A stretch of DNA of 64,000 bases. It comes from Torpedo marmorata (lineage: Eukaryota). Numbering within the stretch: position 1 is the first letter of the stretch; every line of letters starts with the position of its first letter. The position numbers and the translations under genes were made by a program. The stretch is taken from the NCBI GenBank assembly GCA_977017645.1, contig OZ360241.1, positions 20,336,001-20,400,000 on the forward strand, written 5' to 3'. The notes beneath the pieces were generated by a model. The model did not search any database. It had not been told where the DNA came from and worked only from the letters and a program-made list of their open reading frames with translations. Shown here piece after piece: positions 50,755 through 63,527 of the stretch.

Positions 50755-53700
50755 ATGGATGTAGGAGAATTTTTGGAATCACCTGAACCTGATACTTTAA
50801 AAAAGGCGAAAAAGGAACAGTTAGTGGATATAGCAACAAAGTTGGGCATTGCTTCTGTAAAATCATTTATGAAAAAGGCAGAGATTGGGAGAAAAATTGT
50901 CAAATACTATATAAAAGAAAAAAAGTTTGAGGAGAGCATGTTAGAGCAGTTTCCCAAGGGTAAACCTTCTGAAAACATACAGTTGGAAATAAAGAAATTG
51001 GAATTGGAGGCAGCCAGGGAACAAAAGAAATTGGAATTGGAACAAAAGAACAGGGAATTGGAACAAAGGAAATTAGAATTGGAGGTAGCCAGGGAACAAA
51101 AGAGATTAGACTTAGAGAACGAGGAGAAAAATAGGATATATATGCTGGAAAAGATAAAGTTGGAAAATGAGGGGAGACAAGAAGAGCACCAAGATCAAAT
51201 TCGTCATCCAGTTGAGGGGTTTTTGGCTAGTAGAGAAGTTAGGTTGGTTCCTCCATTTGAGGAGGCAGAAATAGATAAGTACTTCCAGCATTTTGAGAAG
51301 GTGGCTGTGAAATTAAAATGGCCACAAGACCAATAGTTTCTTATGTTACAAAGTGTAATTAAAGGAAAAGCTCAGCAAGCTTATTCTACTCTTACCATGG
51401 AGCAAGCTGCTGGTTATGAAACGGTGAAAAAGGCTATACTCCAGGCTTATGAGTTAGTTCCAAATGGCTTATAGACAGAAGTTTAGAAATTTAAAAAGAT
51501 CAGCAACCCAATCTTACACAGAGTTTGCCTATGAAAAGGTTGTGTGTTTTGACCAGTGGTGCACATCTAAGGCGGTAAACAATGATTACAATCAATTGAG
51601 AGAATTGATAATAATCGAGGAGATAAAAAGGTGTGTTCCAGAAGATATTAAGGCATACTTAGATGAAAAGGAGGTGAAAACTTGGCAAAATTCAGCTAAG
51701 TTAGCAGATGAATATGTTTTAACCCACAAGCCTAAGTGGACGTTAGGTAGAATTTTCCAAAAGGTCAAGTGGAAAGTAAATTTGGAAGTGGTGTTAAGGA
51801 AAGGGATGAAGGAAAATGGAAAAGGGAAAACCATTCGGGTCCCATTTGCCACTACTGTAGGAAGGCTGGTCATATGATAGCAAGTTGTCCAGTGTTGAAA
51901 AAGAAGAGAGAAAAGGATGCAACACCTAATGCTTGTATTCAGAGTGAGAAGAGGCATAACATCCAGGAAGGAGATAAATTTACTGACAAAGTTAGGGATG
52001 TATTTAAACCTTTTGTGACTGATGGTTTTGTTTCAGTTAAGGCAGGATCAAAACAAGATCCAGTGAAAATCTTGCGAGATACTGGAGCTGCTCAGTCACG
52101 TGTTAGATAGTGTCTTGGAATTTTGTGAAGCTACTGACACCGGTGACATAAATTTAATTAAAGGAATTGGTGGTAATGTTGAGTCCATTCCTTTGCACAA
52201 AATAGTGTTGGACTCAGACTTGGTGGAAGGACCTTTTATAATAGGAGTGAGATCAGAGTTGCCAGTAGAAGTTGTCACTGTTGCTAGGCAATGACTTGGC
52301 CAAGGGTAAAGTAGTTCCTGCAGTGCGAATGACCACTGAGCCAGTCATTGATAAGTCAGAGAAAGACTGATATTTATCTGGCATGTGCCATAACCAGGGC
52401 CATGTCTAAGAAAAATGTCACTGTAGAGAAGGCAGTGGAAAATAACTTGGTGAAATAAAAAGACAGTGATAATCAAGAAAACCTGGAAAAGGTTGAGCAA
52501 TCTCCTATGTTACACCCATCCACTGATAAGACACCTAAAGGCACAGATTTGTCACTATCCCGACAGGAGCTAATAGCAAGGCAAAAGGACGATTCTGATC
52601 TTGCTGAGGTGGGAGATAAGGTTCTCTCTGAAGAGGAGATTAAAAAGGTGCCAGTGGGTTATTATGAAAAAGATGGGGTGTTGATGAGAAAGTGGAGACC
52701 ATGTGATGTTCCTGCCAATGAAGAATGGGCAGTAGTGCAGCAGGTTGTGATCCCTAAAGTATATAGGGATGCAATAATAACTTTGGCTCATAGCACACCC
52801 TTATGTGGTCATCTTGGGGTGAAGAAAACTATAAGGAAGATAATGAAACAATTTTATTGGCCCAGTTTGAGAAGGGAGGTTGTAAGCTTTTGCCGGGCCT
52901 GTCACACTTGTCATGGATGGGTAAACCTAATCAGGGTCCCCCGGTGGCACCCTTGCAACCTATCCCTGCTTTCAGTGAGCCTTTCTCGAGAGTAATTGTG
53001 GACTGTGTTGGCCCATTGCCCAAAACCAAAGCAGGGAATGAGTATTTGTTAACAATTATGTGTGCAGCCACCAGATTTCCAGAGGCCATTCCTCTGAGAA
53101 ACATAAAAGCAAAGTCAATTGTAAAGGCTATGGTAAAGTTTTTCACCTTGGTACGTTTGCCAAGGGAAATTCAATCAGATCAGGGCAGTAATTTCATGTC
53201 AGGCATTTTCCAACAAGTGGTTGATGGACTGGGAGTTAAACAGATTGTATCCTCTGCGTACCATCGAGAAAGTCAAGGGGCCTTGGAGAGGTTCCATTCG
53301 ACTTTGAAAAACATGATTAGAACTTATTGTTGTGAAAAGGAAAAGGATTGGGATGAGGGGGTTCATTTGTTGTTATTTGCAGCGAGGGAGCCTGTCCAAG
53401 AATCACTTGGTTTTAGTCCATTCGAGTTAGTTTTCGCACATGAGGTGCGAGGTCCTTTAAAATTATTAAGAGAACAGAGGATTAATAGTGATGTGCATTT
53501 AAATCTGTTAGATTATGTTTCAAAATTTAAGGATCGGTTGCATAGGGCTTGTGAGATGGCAAAGGAGAATTTAAAGGCCACTCAACAGAGAATGAAGGTT
53601 TGGTATGATCGAAAGGCGAAGATGAGAACTTTTAAACCTGGTGAGAACGTATTAGTTCTGTGTCCCATCCATTCAAATCCTCTTAGGGCTAGATTTTCAG

Positions 53701-54275
53701 GACCCTATAGAGTTAAGTCAAAAATGAATGATGTCACTTATGTCACAGAAACACCTAATCGCAGACGAGACACACAGGTTTGTCATGTGAATATGATTAA
53801 GCCATATTTTGAACAGGTGCCGCACAAAGAGACTGAACATTTACCAGAGATGCTGGTTATTGACAGGGGTAAGGAGGAGACAAATAAAACCAGTTTCAGA
53901 GAGGGTCATGGGACTGTTAATTCTCTGAGTTATGTAGTAGGACAGGGGCAGTTGGCGCCAGTAGAGGAAAAGGTTGTGACTATTTCCGAGTTCCCTGTTC
54001 CAACTGGTAAGAAAACTCTGAGGAGGTTCCTGGGAATGATTGGCTACTACCGCAAGTTCTGTAAAAACTTTGCTGATCTTGCGCTCCCTCTCACAAATTT
54101 GTTTAGAAAGAAAGAAAAATTTGTATGGTCGACAGGTTGTCAGGAAGCATTTGTCAAATTGAAAGCCATGTTATGCCACCAACCTGTGCTTAAGTCACCT
54201 AATTTAGAACATCCAATTTCTTTAGCCGTGGATGCCAGCGATGAAGCTGTGGGCGCGGTGCTGTTACAGAAGAAC
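50755..54275 (+). mobile_element. Gmr1-like Gypsy gag-pol, disrupted; order gag(SCAN-like, CCHC)-PR-INT-(RT remnant)-RH
   Basis: Coiled-coil gag with a premature TAG at 51334, SCAN-like YRQKFRNL..LRELIIIEE, knuckle CHYCRKAGHMIASC, protease LRDTGA, integrase HHCC (HSTPLCGHLG..CRACHTC) and DDE (VDCVGP/SDQG/ERF). Then RT thumb (LRRFLGMIGYYRKF) and VDASDEAVGAVL. Several frameshifts; RT core and 3' LTR are absent. Confidence 0.9.
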
Positions 54276-54956
54276 GAAAAGTCACATTTATCTATCTTAT
54301 GTATGTATTGTCTCTTAATTTAATTCAATTAGTTTACTAAAAATGTTTTTGCATATACATGTTTGGCTGCAGCAAGTAAGAATTTCGGTGCATATGTACA
54401 TATGTGCTTGACAATAAACTCATTAGCATGATCATTATCGCAAAGCCATGCCTATCCAAATGCAGATAGATCCTGTCTCTCAGAACCCGCTTCAGTAACT
54501 TACCTCATGGACTGATGTCAGGTTCACTGTTCTGCAGTTCTCTTGCTTGTCCTTGTAGCCTTTCTTAGGCAAAGGCGCAGCATTAGCCACCCTCCAGTCT
54601 TCTGCTACCTCACCCATAGCTAATATCCCTCGCATTATTTCCCCCAGGTTCCCACCATGTTCTCGGATGCACTCGGTCAGGCCCCAGGAATTTATCCACT
54701 TCCATGTGTTTTAAGCCCCCTTCCCACCCCTGCACCTGCTCCTCCGGTACAGCCACAGTGTAGACAAAGCCTTGCACAGCTTATAATTCTCTGTGGCCAC
54801 CAGGGTTCTGCTTTCTGGTGCATAGAGAGATCTCGCAGCTGCCAGCATTGAGCTTAAATTATAATGGGCAACCGTAAGGCAAGCATCTGGGGAGTGCTGG
54901 CATTTAAGGAATAGATGGTGGGAGAAGGAAGGGAGAGGAATGGTTCACAGAGACAG

Positions 54957-55020
54957 CGATAGCCTGGTGACCAAACACCGATAGCCTGGTGACCAAACAC
55001 CGATAGCCTGGTGACCAAAC
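54957..55020. repeat. 22-bp tandem repeat, about 3 copies
   Basis: CGATAGCCTGGTGACCAAACAC repeated head to tail. Confidence 0.9.
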
Positions 55021-55379
55021 GTCGTGCCCTCCTGTGATTCTCCTGCAGGGAAGTGCCAGGGAGGTCACTGTAAAGGATAATATTGGATTTGCAGTCTCTA
55101 ACTGGCTGCACTGGGCAAGCCTACAACACACCATTTATCCTCTTTACCTGCTCCATGGGCTGAAGGAAAGGTGGTGATGTCTCCTCTCCTCGAGCAGTGA
55201 GCAGAAAACTGAGAGAGAGCAGTGGTAACCCCTTGGATTAGGCAGGGAAGCTGAGAGGAAAGATGTCTCCTATGGACACTGCTGAGTTCCTCCAGCATTT
55301 ACTGTGTGTTTTTAGGGAAGCTAAGAGACCTAAATCTATGATCACTGTGGGTGAAGAGGCCAGTAGATAATAATATTAA

Positions 55380-56225
55380 TAATGTTTATTGTCCAATATA
55401 TTGATGCACGGAAATTCTTACTTGCTGCAGACACACATTGTAAAAAACCCCAATGCCAATGGTGTGCATTAAATTACCCCCAGTACAGACAGAGATAATA
55501 AATATAAAAGGTAAATGGATAATAAATGTTCACAGTTACTGTTAGTGCAACAGAGAAAAAAAAGTGGTGTTTCAGTTGTGCAGGCAGGTCTTTTGTGGCC
55601 GTGAAGTAGTTTATGGTTAGGCTTAGGGTATTAAGGAGAGGTTCAAGTGCCTGATAGCTGTTAAAAATGTGTTATTGAACCTGGAGGTGCTGGTCTTCAG
55701 GTTTTTGTACCTTCTTGCTGAAGGGAACAGTGAGAAGAGGTTGTGACCAGGGTGATAGGGGTCCTTTATGATGTTGGCTGCCTTCTTGAGGCAGCGCCTC
55801 ACATAGATGTCTTCAATGGATGGGTGGTTGGAGCCTGTGATGGACTTGGCTGTGTTTGTTACCTTCTGCAGCATTCTGTGTTCCTGGGCACTCAAATTTC
55901 CAAACCAGACTGTGATGCAACCAGTCAGTATACTTTCCCCAGTGCACCTGCAGAGGTTTGATAGAATATTTGATGACATGTCAAATCTCCTCAGACTTCT
56001 TTGAAATTAGAGGCTTTGATGTGCTGGCTCCAGGACAAATCCTGTGATATGTGGACTCCTAGGAACTTGGTACTAACCTTCTCCATCTCCGTCCCATCAA
56101 TGCAAACAGCTGTATGGTTTTCCTGCCTCTTCTTCCTAAAATCAACAATCAGCTCCTTGGTCTTGGTGACGATGAGAGCAAGATTGTTGTCCTGGCACCA
56201 CCCAACCAGGTTCTCCATCTCCATC
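55380..56225 (-). mobile_element. Rex1-type LINE 3' fragment
   Basis: ORFs 55623..55979 and 55991..56257. Confidence 0.8.
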
Positions 56226-57094
56226 CTCTGGACGTGTGAGGCTGTGTTGAAAATCATGTTAGGCCACAGATCTGTGAGTAACTGCAGAGATTGGGCAATG
56301 AAAACCTAGATGAGGAGTTCAAAGTATTTCTGGAGAGCCTACTTGACAAGGAGAGATTGGATCGGCTGCGGGTTTTCTCCCTGGGGTGTAGAAGGATGAG
56401 GGGTGACCTTATAGAGGTTCATAAAATCATGAGGGGCATAGCTAAAGTAGTTCAAGTTCAAGTTTATTATAATCTGACTGTACATATACAACCGGACAAA
56501 ACAATGTTTCTCCAGACCACGGTGCACACACGCACACACACAATGCACAGCATATAATAATCACATGTAAACGTAAAGACATAATATAAAATAAATATAC
56601 ATAAATATTTTGGAATAATTTACTCGGTTACAGGATACTGTTCATCAATCTCACAGCCTGCGGGAAGAAGCTATTTCCCAGCCTGGCAGTCCTGATTTTG
56701 ATGCTCTGACACCTCCTTCCTGATGGTTGTGGGTCAATGTAGGACAAACAGTCATAGTAGGACAAAGTAGGTAAACAGTCATAGTCTTTTCCAGGATAGA
56801 GGAATCTAAAAGAGAAGGCATAGATTTAAAGTGAGATGGGAAAGATTTAAAAGAACCTAGGGGCACCTTTTTCACACAGCAGGTAGTGGGTGTGTGAATG
56901 GAGCCACCAGAGTAAGTGGTGGAGGCAGGGATAAGTACAACGTTTAAAAGACATTCAGGTGGGTACCTGGATTTGCAAAGTTTTAGAGGGACATGGGCCG
57001 AACACAGGCAAATGGGTTGAGCTCAGGAAGATGTTAGTTAGCATGGACAAGTTGGACCTTAGGGCCCATTTCCATGCTGTAAACTTCTATCTCA

Positions 57095-57830
57095 CCTCCT
57101 CCCTCACCACCATTCTGGGAACCAAACAGTCCTTCCAAGTGAAGCAACACTTTACTTGTGAATCTGCGGGAGTCATCTACTGCATCCGGTGCTCCTGTTG
57201 TGGCCTTCTCTACATTGGAGAGACTGGACGCAGACTGGGAGTTCGCTTTGATGAGCACCTTCGTTCTGCATCAATGACAGGGATGTCCCAGTGGCCAACT
57301 ATTTCAATTCTGCGCCCTACTCCTGCGCCGGCATGTCTGTCCATGGCTTCATGCACTGCCAATCCAAGGGCACCCGTAAATTGGAAGAGCAATACCTAAT
57401 ATCCCGTCTGGGCACTCTCCAACTGGATGGCACTAACATCGACTTCTCCGGTTTCTGCTGGACCACACCCTGTTCTCCCTCACTTCCCCATCCCTCTATC
57501 TCATTTCCTCCAGCTCTCCCCTTCCCTCTCCATTCACAGAACCATCCCTCCTCCCTGTTTGCTGGTGTGCCCCCCCCTTCCTCATCCACCTATTACCTCC
57601 TGCCTGTGGGACTGTGCTCCTCCCCCCCCCCCGCCACCACCCCCCCCATCATTTTGTTCGAGTTCCTGCCTACATTTTGCTCATACCTTGATAAAGGGCT
57701 CAGGCCTGAAACTTTGGTTATGTATCTTTATCTTTCCTATATAAAGTATGCTGTTTGACCTGCTGAATTTCTCCAGCATTGTGTTTTCACTTCAATCATG
57801 TTGTCTGCAAACTTTTGTGTTTTATTCTCT
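57095..57830 (+). mobile_element. Penelope-like element 3' part (GIY-YIG + tail)
   Basis: FTCESAGVIYCIRCSCCGLLYIGETGRRLG motif; tail CCTTGATAAAGGGCTCAGGCCTGAAAC. Confidence 0.88.
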
Positions 57831-57867
57831 GACCCCCAATCCTGTTGGTCTACACTGACATTTTTAT

Positions 57868-58320
57868 TTTGGAATTTTTTTTTTCATTTTTCACAAAAAG
57901 ATCAACAATATAAACATAATCATACAATTTCCAATTGTATACAACATTATTTTTAAATTTCCCTTCCCTCCCCCCCAACTAAAAAGGAAAAACAAAACCT
58001 AAGAAACAAAACATGCAAATAAAAGAAAACTAAACGTACCGTCAGTGCTTACATTGCTTTTCCCACCTTTTTGGAGATGTCACACCATTAATTTTTTACA
58101 CATTACATTTTACTGTACCTTGGAGTTTGAGTTATAACTGGGCCCCAATATACTCCAGGTATGGTTGCCACACCTTAACAAATGTATCGTATTTATTCCT
58201 TATATTATATGTAATTTTCTCCATGGGAATACAGCTGCACATTTCTGTTGACCATCGAGTGATAAGAAGGGGGGAGTCGGACTTCCAAGTTATTGCTATA
58301 CATTTCTTTGCCACGGACAA
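57868..58320 (-). mobile_element. L1-clade LINE extreme 3' fragment
   Basis: WK..P...W..EM...MEKITY...F.KVWQPYL is the typical fish L1 ORF2 C-terminus. A-rich tail. Confidence 0.7.
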
Positions 58321-58544
58321 AGGTCTACACTGACATTTGACCTCTGGACACCAGTTGGAGGCCAAGGCTTTAGTTTCCATGCTGATGAACTCTCTATGTC
58401 TTCGCTCGATAAATTGAAAGCAATTGGTGGTGTGATAGGTGATGGATTGGTTTTAATTTTCTAAAATTCCCTGGATTTAGGGATGATTCCATGAGATTGA
58501 GGAACAACAAACCTAACTCTTCTATTCAATCAGAAAGAGAGGCA

Positions 58545-60033
58545 CAAGGTGTCAAGCCCTGACGGCGTACCTGGCAGGGTACTGAAAATCTGCGCCAACC
58601 AACTAACCGGAGTGTTCACGGACATTTTCAACCTCTCATTGCGGCAGTCAGAGGTTCCCACCTGCTTCAAAAGGACATAAATCATCCCGGTACCCAAGAA
58701 GAGTAGCCTCAACAACTACCGCCTAGTAGCACTAACTTCTACTGTGATGAAATGCTTTGAGAGGCTGGTCATGCCCAGAATTAACACGTACCTAAGCAAA
58801 GATCTGGACCCACTGCAATTCGCCTATCGCCACAATCGCTCCACAGCAGATGCAATATCGCTGGCTCTCCACTCAGCTATGGATCACCTCGAAAACAGCA
58901 ATTCATACATACGGCTGCTCTTCATCGACATCATCAATACCGTTATTCCCTCAGTGCTGGTCAAGAAGCTACAAACTCTAGGCCTCTGTACCCCACTCTG
59001 CAACTAGATCCTTGACTTTCTCATCGGAAGATCACAGTCAGTACGAATTGGAAACAACGTCTCCTCCTCACTGATTATCAACACAGGCGCACCCCAAGGA
59101 TGTGTGGTTAGCCCACTGCTCTACTCGTTATACACCCGTGACTGTGTGGCCAGGCACAATTCCAATGCCATCTACAAGTTTACCGATGACACCACAGTTG
59201 TGGGCAGAATCACAAATGGCAATGAGAAAGCATACAGGAGGGAGATAGATCAGCTCATTGAATGGCGTAATGACAACAACCTTGCGCTCAACGTCAGCAA
59301 AACCAAGGAGATGATTGTGGACTTCAGGAGGAAGTCAGGGGAACATGACCCAGTCCTCATTGAGGGCTCAGTAGTGGAGAAGGTCAAGAACTTCAAATTC
59401 CTGGGTGTCAACATCTCCGAGGATCTGTCCTGGAGCCTCCACGTTGATGCAATCACAAAGAAGGCTCGCCAGCGGCTATACTTTGTGAGGTGTCTGAGGA
59501 GATTCGGTATGTTACCGAAGACTTTCGTAAACGTCTACAGGTGTACCGTGGAGAGAATTCTGGTTGGTTGCATCACTGCCTGGTATGGAGGCGCCAACTC
59601 TTAGGACAAGAATAAACTCCAGAGGGTTGTTAACTCGGCCTGTGACATCACAGGCACCAGACGTCACTCCATAAGGACATCTACATGAGGCGGTGTCTTA
59701 AAAAAACAGTCTCTATCCTCAAAGACCTCCACCACCCAGGCCATGCCCTCTTCACTCTGCTACCATCAAGAAAAAGGTACAGGAGCCTAAAGTCAAGCAC
59801 TCAATGGCACAAGGACAGCTTCTTCCCCGCTGCCATCATCAGATTCCTGAATAATCAATGAACCAAAGACACTTCCTTACTTTTCGTGCACTATTATTTA
59901 TATATATATATATTTTTTTATAGTAACGTCGTAAGATGGTTATAATATGAATGTTTGCACTATGATGATGCCACAAAACACAGAATTTCATGACTTGTTC
60001 ATGACAATAAATACATTCTGATTCTGATTCTGA
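58545..60033 (+). mobile_element. Second copy of the same Rex1-type subfamily, 5'-truncated
   Basis: ORFs 58744..59007 and 59104..59604 are nearly identical to 28553..30088. Ends in ATTCTGATTCTGATTCTGA. Confidence 0.9.
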
Positions 60034-60119
60034 GACAGTAATTCCTGGTTCAATATGAGGAAACATTGCAGCTATTACTAAAGACATTATAGCATGGGAT
60101 TTATATAGCACACCATCTT

Positions 60120-61742
60120 TGAAAATGGCGGCACATATGGTTGCAGCGGCCACTTGTGCTCCAAACAAAGGTACAATCTCTCGTTCTATTCAGCTTGTCT
60201 ATAATCAGAAAATACTGCTAAATGTAAGGAACAGTAAAACCTGTTGGTCCACCAAGTTCAAGGCCCAGATCATGAAGGTACTGTGCGAATATGACTTAAT
60301 GAAGGCAGTGAGCCCTAACACCAAGCTGAAGCTTGGAGAAGAGGTCATCGGAAATGGTGGGCAAGGAAGCAGAAGTGCGGTAAGCATGCTGTCATTCATG
60401 CAAGACTCCAAGCGAATTCGTCCAGGCCCGTGCTCCCGACGATTATACTTGCAAATGTTCGATCTGAAAAATAAACTGGATTACCTGCAGCTGAATCTGA
60501 GCTGGAGGGAACTGGGGGGCTGCAGACTCTGGTAATTACAGAAACATGGATCCAGGACTCCACTCCGGATTCAGCCATCCAGCTAGCAATGTGTTTGCTT
60601 TGATTGTTTAAGTTCATTCCCCAGAGGCTGGTGGAGAAGCTGTCCTTAATGGGACTCAACACCCCTCTCTGTAACTTGATTCTGGACTTCTGAATGGAAA
60701 GACCTCAGTCTGTCTGGGTTGGTAGCAGAGCGTCGAGCACCGTCACACTGAGCACTGGCGCACCTCAGGGCTGTGTGCTCAGCCCACTCCTGTTCATGCT
60801 ACTGACCCACGACTGCATCGTCAGATCCAGCTCCAACAGTGTCATCAAGTTTGCAGATGACACAACAGTACTTGGCCTCATCAGCAACAACGATGGGTCG
60901 CACTACAGAGAAGAGGTGGACAATCTTGTGAAATGGTGCAAGAGTAATGACCTGAGTCTCAACATGGACAAGACGAAGGAGATGATCATGGACTTCAGGA
61001 GGAATAGGAATGACCACCCTCCACTACGCATCAACAACTCTGCAGTAGAGAGTGGAGAGCACCAAGTTCCTTGGAGTTCACTTTACTAGTGACCTATCGT
61101 GGACACTCAACATCTCCTCACTTGTCAGGAAGGCACAACAGCGATTGCACTTCCTGAGAAGTCTAAAGCGGGAAAGGCTTCCAGCCACCATTATGTCAAC
61201 CTTCTATAGGAACTCTATCGAGAGCGTCCTGGCCGGCTGCATCACAGTGTGGTACGGTTGCTGCAGAGAAATGGGTTGGAGGTCAATCCACAGGACCTTA
61301 GGAGTGGCAGAGAGTCTCCCCCCACCACCCCCCCCCCACCCTGCATCGAAGTGATCTACCGGGATTGTTGTCGGAAGAGGGTGCGCAAAATCATTGAGGT
61401 TCCCTTCCACCCTGCACACAGCATCTTTCAGCTGCTCCCATTGGGGAAAAGATACAGGAGTATCAGAGCCAGCACCACCAGGCTGAGGAACAACTTCTTC
61501 CCACGGGCAGTGAGAATGCTGAACGACCAAAGAAACTGCTCTCACTAACCATCCGAGACTCTCATATTCATGGGACAATATTTATTTATTTATATGAATA
61601 TTTGTCCTGCATATGTATTGCTTGTCTGTATGTGTGTCGTGTCTGATTGTGTGTCTGCAATGTTTTGCACCGAGGATTGGAGAACGCTGTTTCCTCAGGT
61701 TGCACTTGTACAATCAGATGACAATAAACTTGAACTTGATTT
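60120..61742 (+). mobile_element. Rex1-type LINE, internally deleted, with (AACTTG)n tail
   Basis: GAPQGCVLSP, KFADD and HPAHSIFQLLP..RYRSI motifs; 5' part has endonuclease remnants (ITETW). Confidence 0.85.
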
Positions 61743-62592
61743 CGTTTGGGCCCTGTCTCAGTTGTATGAATTTATTTATTTTTTAGTTGTAACAATATGG
61801 CATGGTAGAAGGCCCTTCTGGCCCTAGAAATTCGTGTTGTCCAATTACACCCAATTATCCTACCAAACCCCATACTTTTTGGAGTGTAATGAGAGCAAAA
61901 AAATTACCAAAAGCACAATTTTGAATGTTTCCGGACCAATAAAATTCCATTTGAAACATAATCCTCCGACAGGCAAATAAAAAGATTTTTGGCAGGCTGC
62001 TTGTTGGGATTATTCCTGTTTCCAAGATCGTGCTAAACACACTTTGGTCCTGAGCCGGGTGTTTAACCAAGTCCACAGCGGTTGTCACACAATGTTCTAT
62101 TTTACATTGAGAATCAGTTGGCTGTTTTTTGGGGGAACAGTCTCACTTCCAGAACTTCAAATTCACATAACAAGATGAAGAAGTGTGGGAGGCTGGTGAG
62201 CTGCAGCAGGACAAGATACTCTATGAGGAAGGTTTCTCTTGAGAGAGAAATTCCAATCTTCCCTGGACTTTTATATTCCTGAAGAAGACTTTGTGCAGAT
62301 ATTCCCATGGCCCCCAACTCTCCCCGTCCACTGCCAGTTATTCATTCTACACTGCGCACGTGGTGTCAGGGAGACTGGTGAGAGAATTGCCTCTGGGTCA
62401 GCAAACACTGTGTTCAGGTTCCACTCATTTGAAGCATTGAGTTCCGTTTTGGTCACTGTGCAAAAGGAAAGATGTTGTCAAGCTGGAGAGGATGTTGCCA
62501 GGACTCAGGGGCCTGAGCTAAAGGGAGAGTTTGAGCAGGCTGGGGCTTTATTCCTTGGAGTGCAGGAGGATGAAGGGTGATCTCATTGAAGT

Positions 62593-63401
62593 CAATCACG
62601 AAAATCTGTAGACTCAGCAGGTCAAACAGTGTCCTTTATGTAGCAAAGGTAGAAATACATAACCGACGTTTCGGGCTTGAGGCCTTCATCAAAGTATGAG
62701 AAAATGCCGGAAGGCGTCCGAACAAAAGAGTGAGGGGGGGAAGGAGGGTGGCAAAGGCAGGAGATGATAGGTGGAGAAAGGAGGGAGGGGACAGCAGCAA
62801 AGAGGGGGAGGAGGGATGGCTGGGTGGGTGGAAGAACTGGAAGGACAGGGAAGGGGGGAGGGGAAAGAAAAGGTGAGCAGGTTTAGTGGAAAGCAGAAAA
62901 ATGCCATCTGGCTGGAGAGTGCCCAGACGGAAAATAAGGTGGTGTTCCTCCAATTTGCGGGTGGTCTGGGTGGGATAGTACATAAGGCCATGGACAGACA
63001 TGTGAGTGTGGGAGTGTGACTCGGAATTGAAATGGTTGGCTAGTGGGAGGTCGCTGTTGTTGCGGACAGAGAGGAGGTGCTCAGCGAAACGATCTCCCAA
63101 TCTACGACTGGTCTCTCCGATGAATTGAATTGAATGTAGAGAATGCCACAAAGGGAGCACCGGATGCAGTAAATAAATTCTCTGGATGTACAAGTGAAGT
63201 GTTGCTTCACTTGAAAGGCCTGTTTGGGGCCCCGGACCGTGTTGAGGGAGGAGGTGTGGGCGCAAGTGTTGCACCTCCTGCAGGCACAGGGGAAGGTGCC
63301 GGGGGTGCGATGGGTGGGGAGGGATGAGTGCACGAGGGAATCGCGGAGGGAGCCGTCCCTGCGGAAGGCCGAGAGGGGAGGAGAAGGAAAAATGTGTCTA
63401 C
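62593..63401 (-). mobile_element. Penelope-like element 3' part (GIY-YIG endonuclease + tail with hammerhead motif)
   Basis: PGTFPC..RRCNTC, IYCIRCSLC, IGETSRRLGDRFAEH and RKLEEHHLIFRLGTLQPDG motifs. Flanked by an imperfect ~17-bp TSD GGTGATCTCAT.GA.GT (62576 and 63402) within a CR1 fragment. Confidence 0.88.
62658..62698 (-). ncRNA. Minimal type I hammerhead ribozyme-like motif in a Penelope tail
   Basis: CATACT-TTGATGA-AGGCCT-CA-AGCCC-GAAA-C-GTC-GGTTATG: core (C3U variant), stem II, palindromic ACGT minimal stem III, GUC site and bulged stem I. Confidence 0.6.
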
Positions 63402-63527
63402 GGTGATCTCATAGAGGTGTACAAAAAAATGCAAAAATTGATGATTTTTGTGTCTGTGTTGTGTATAAGTACATGACAATAAAATAATCTATTTTTAAAT
63501 TTAGACATACATCACAGAAACAGGCCC

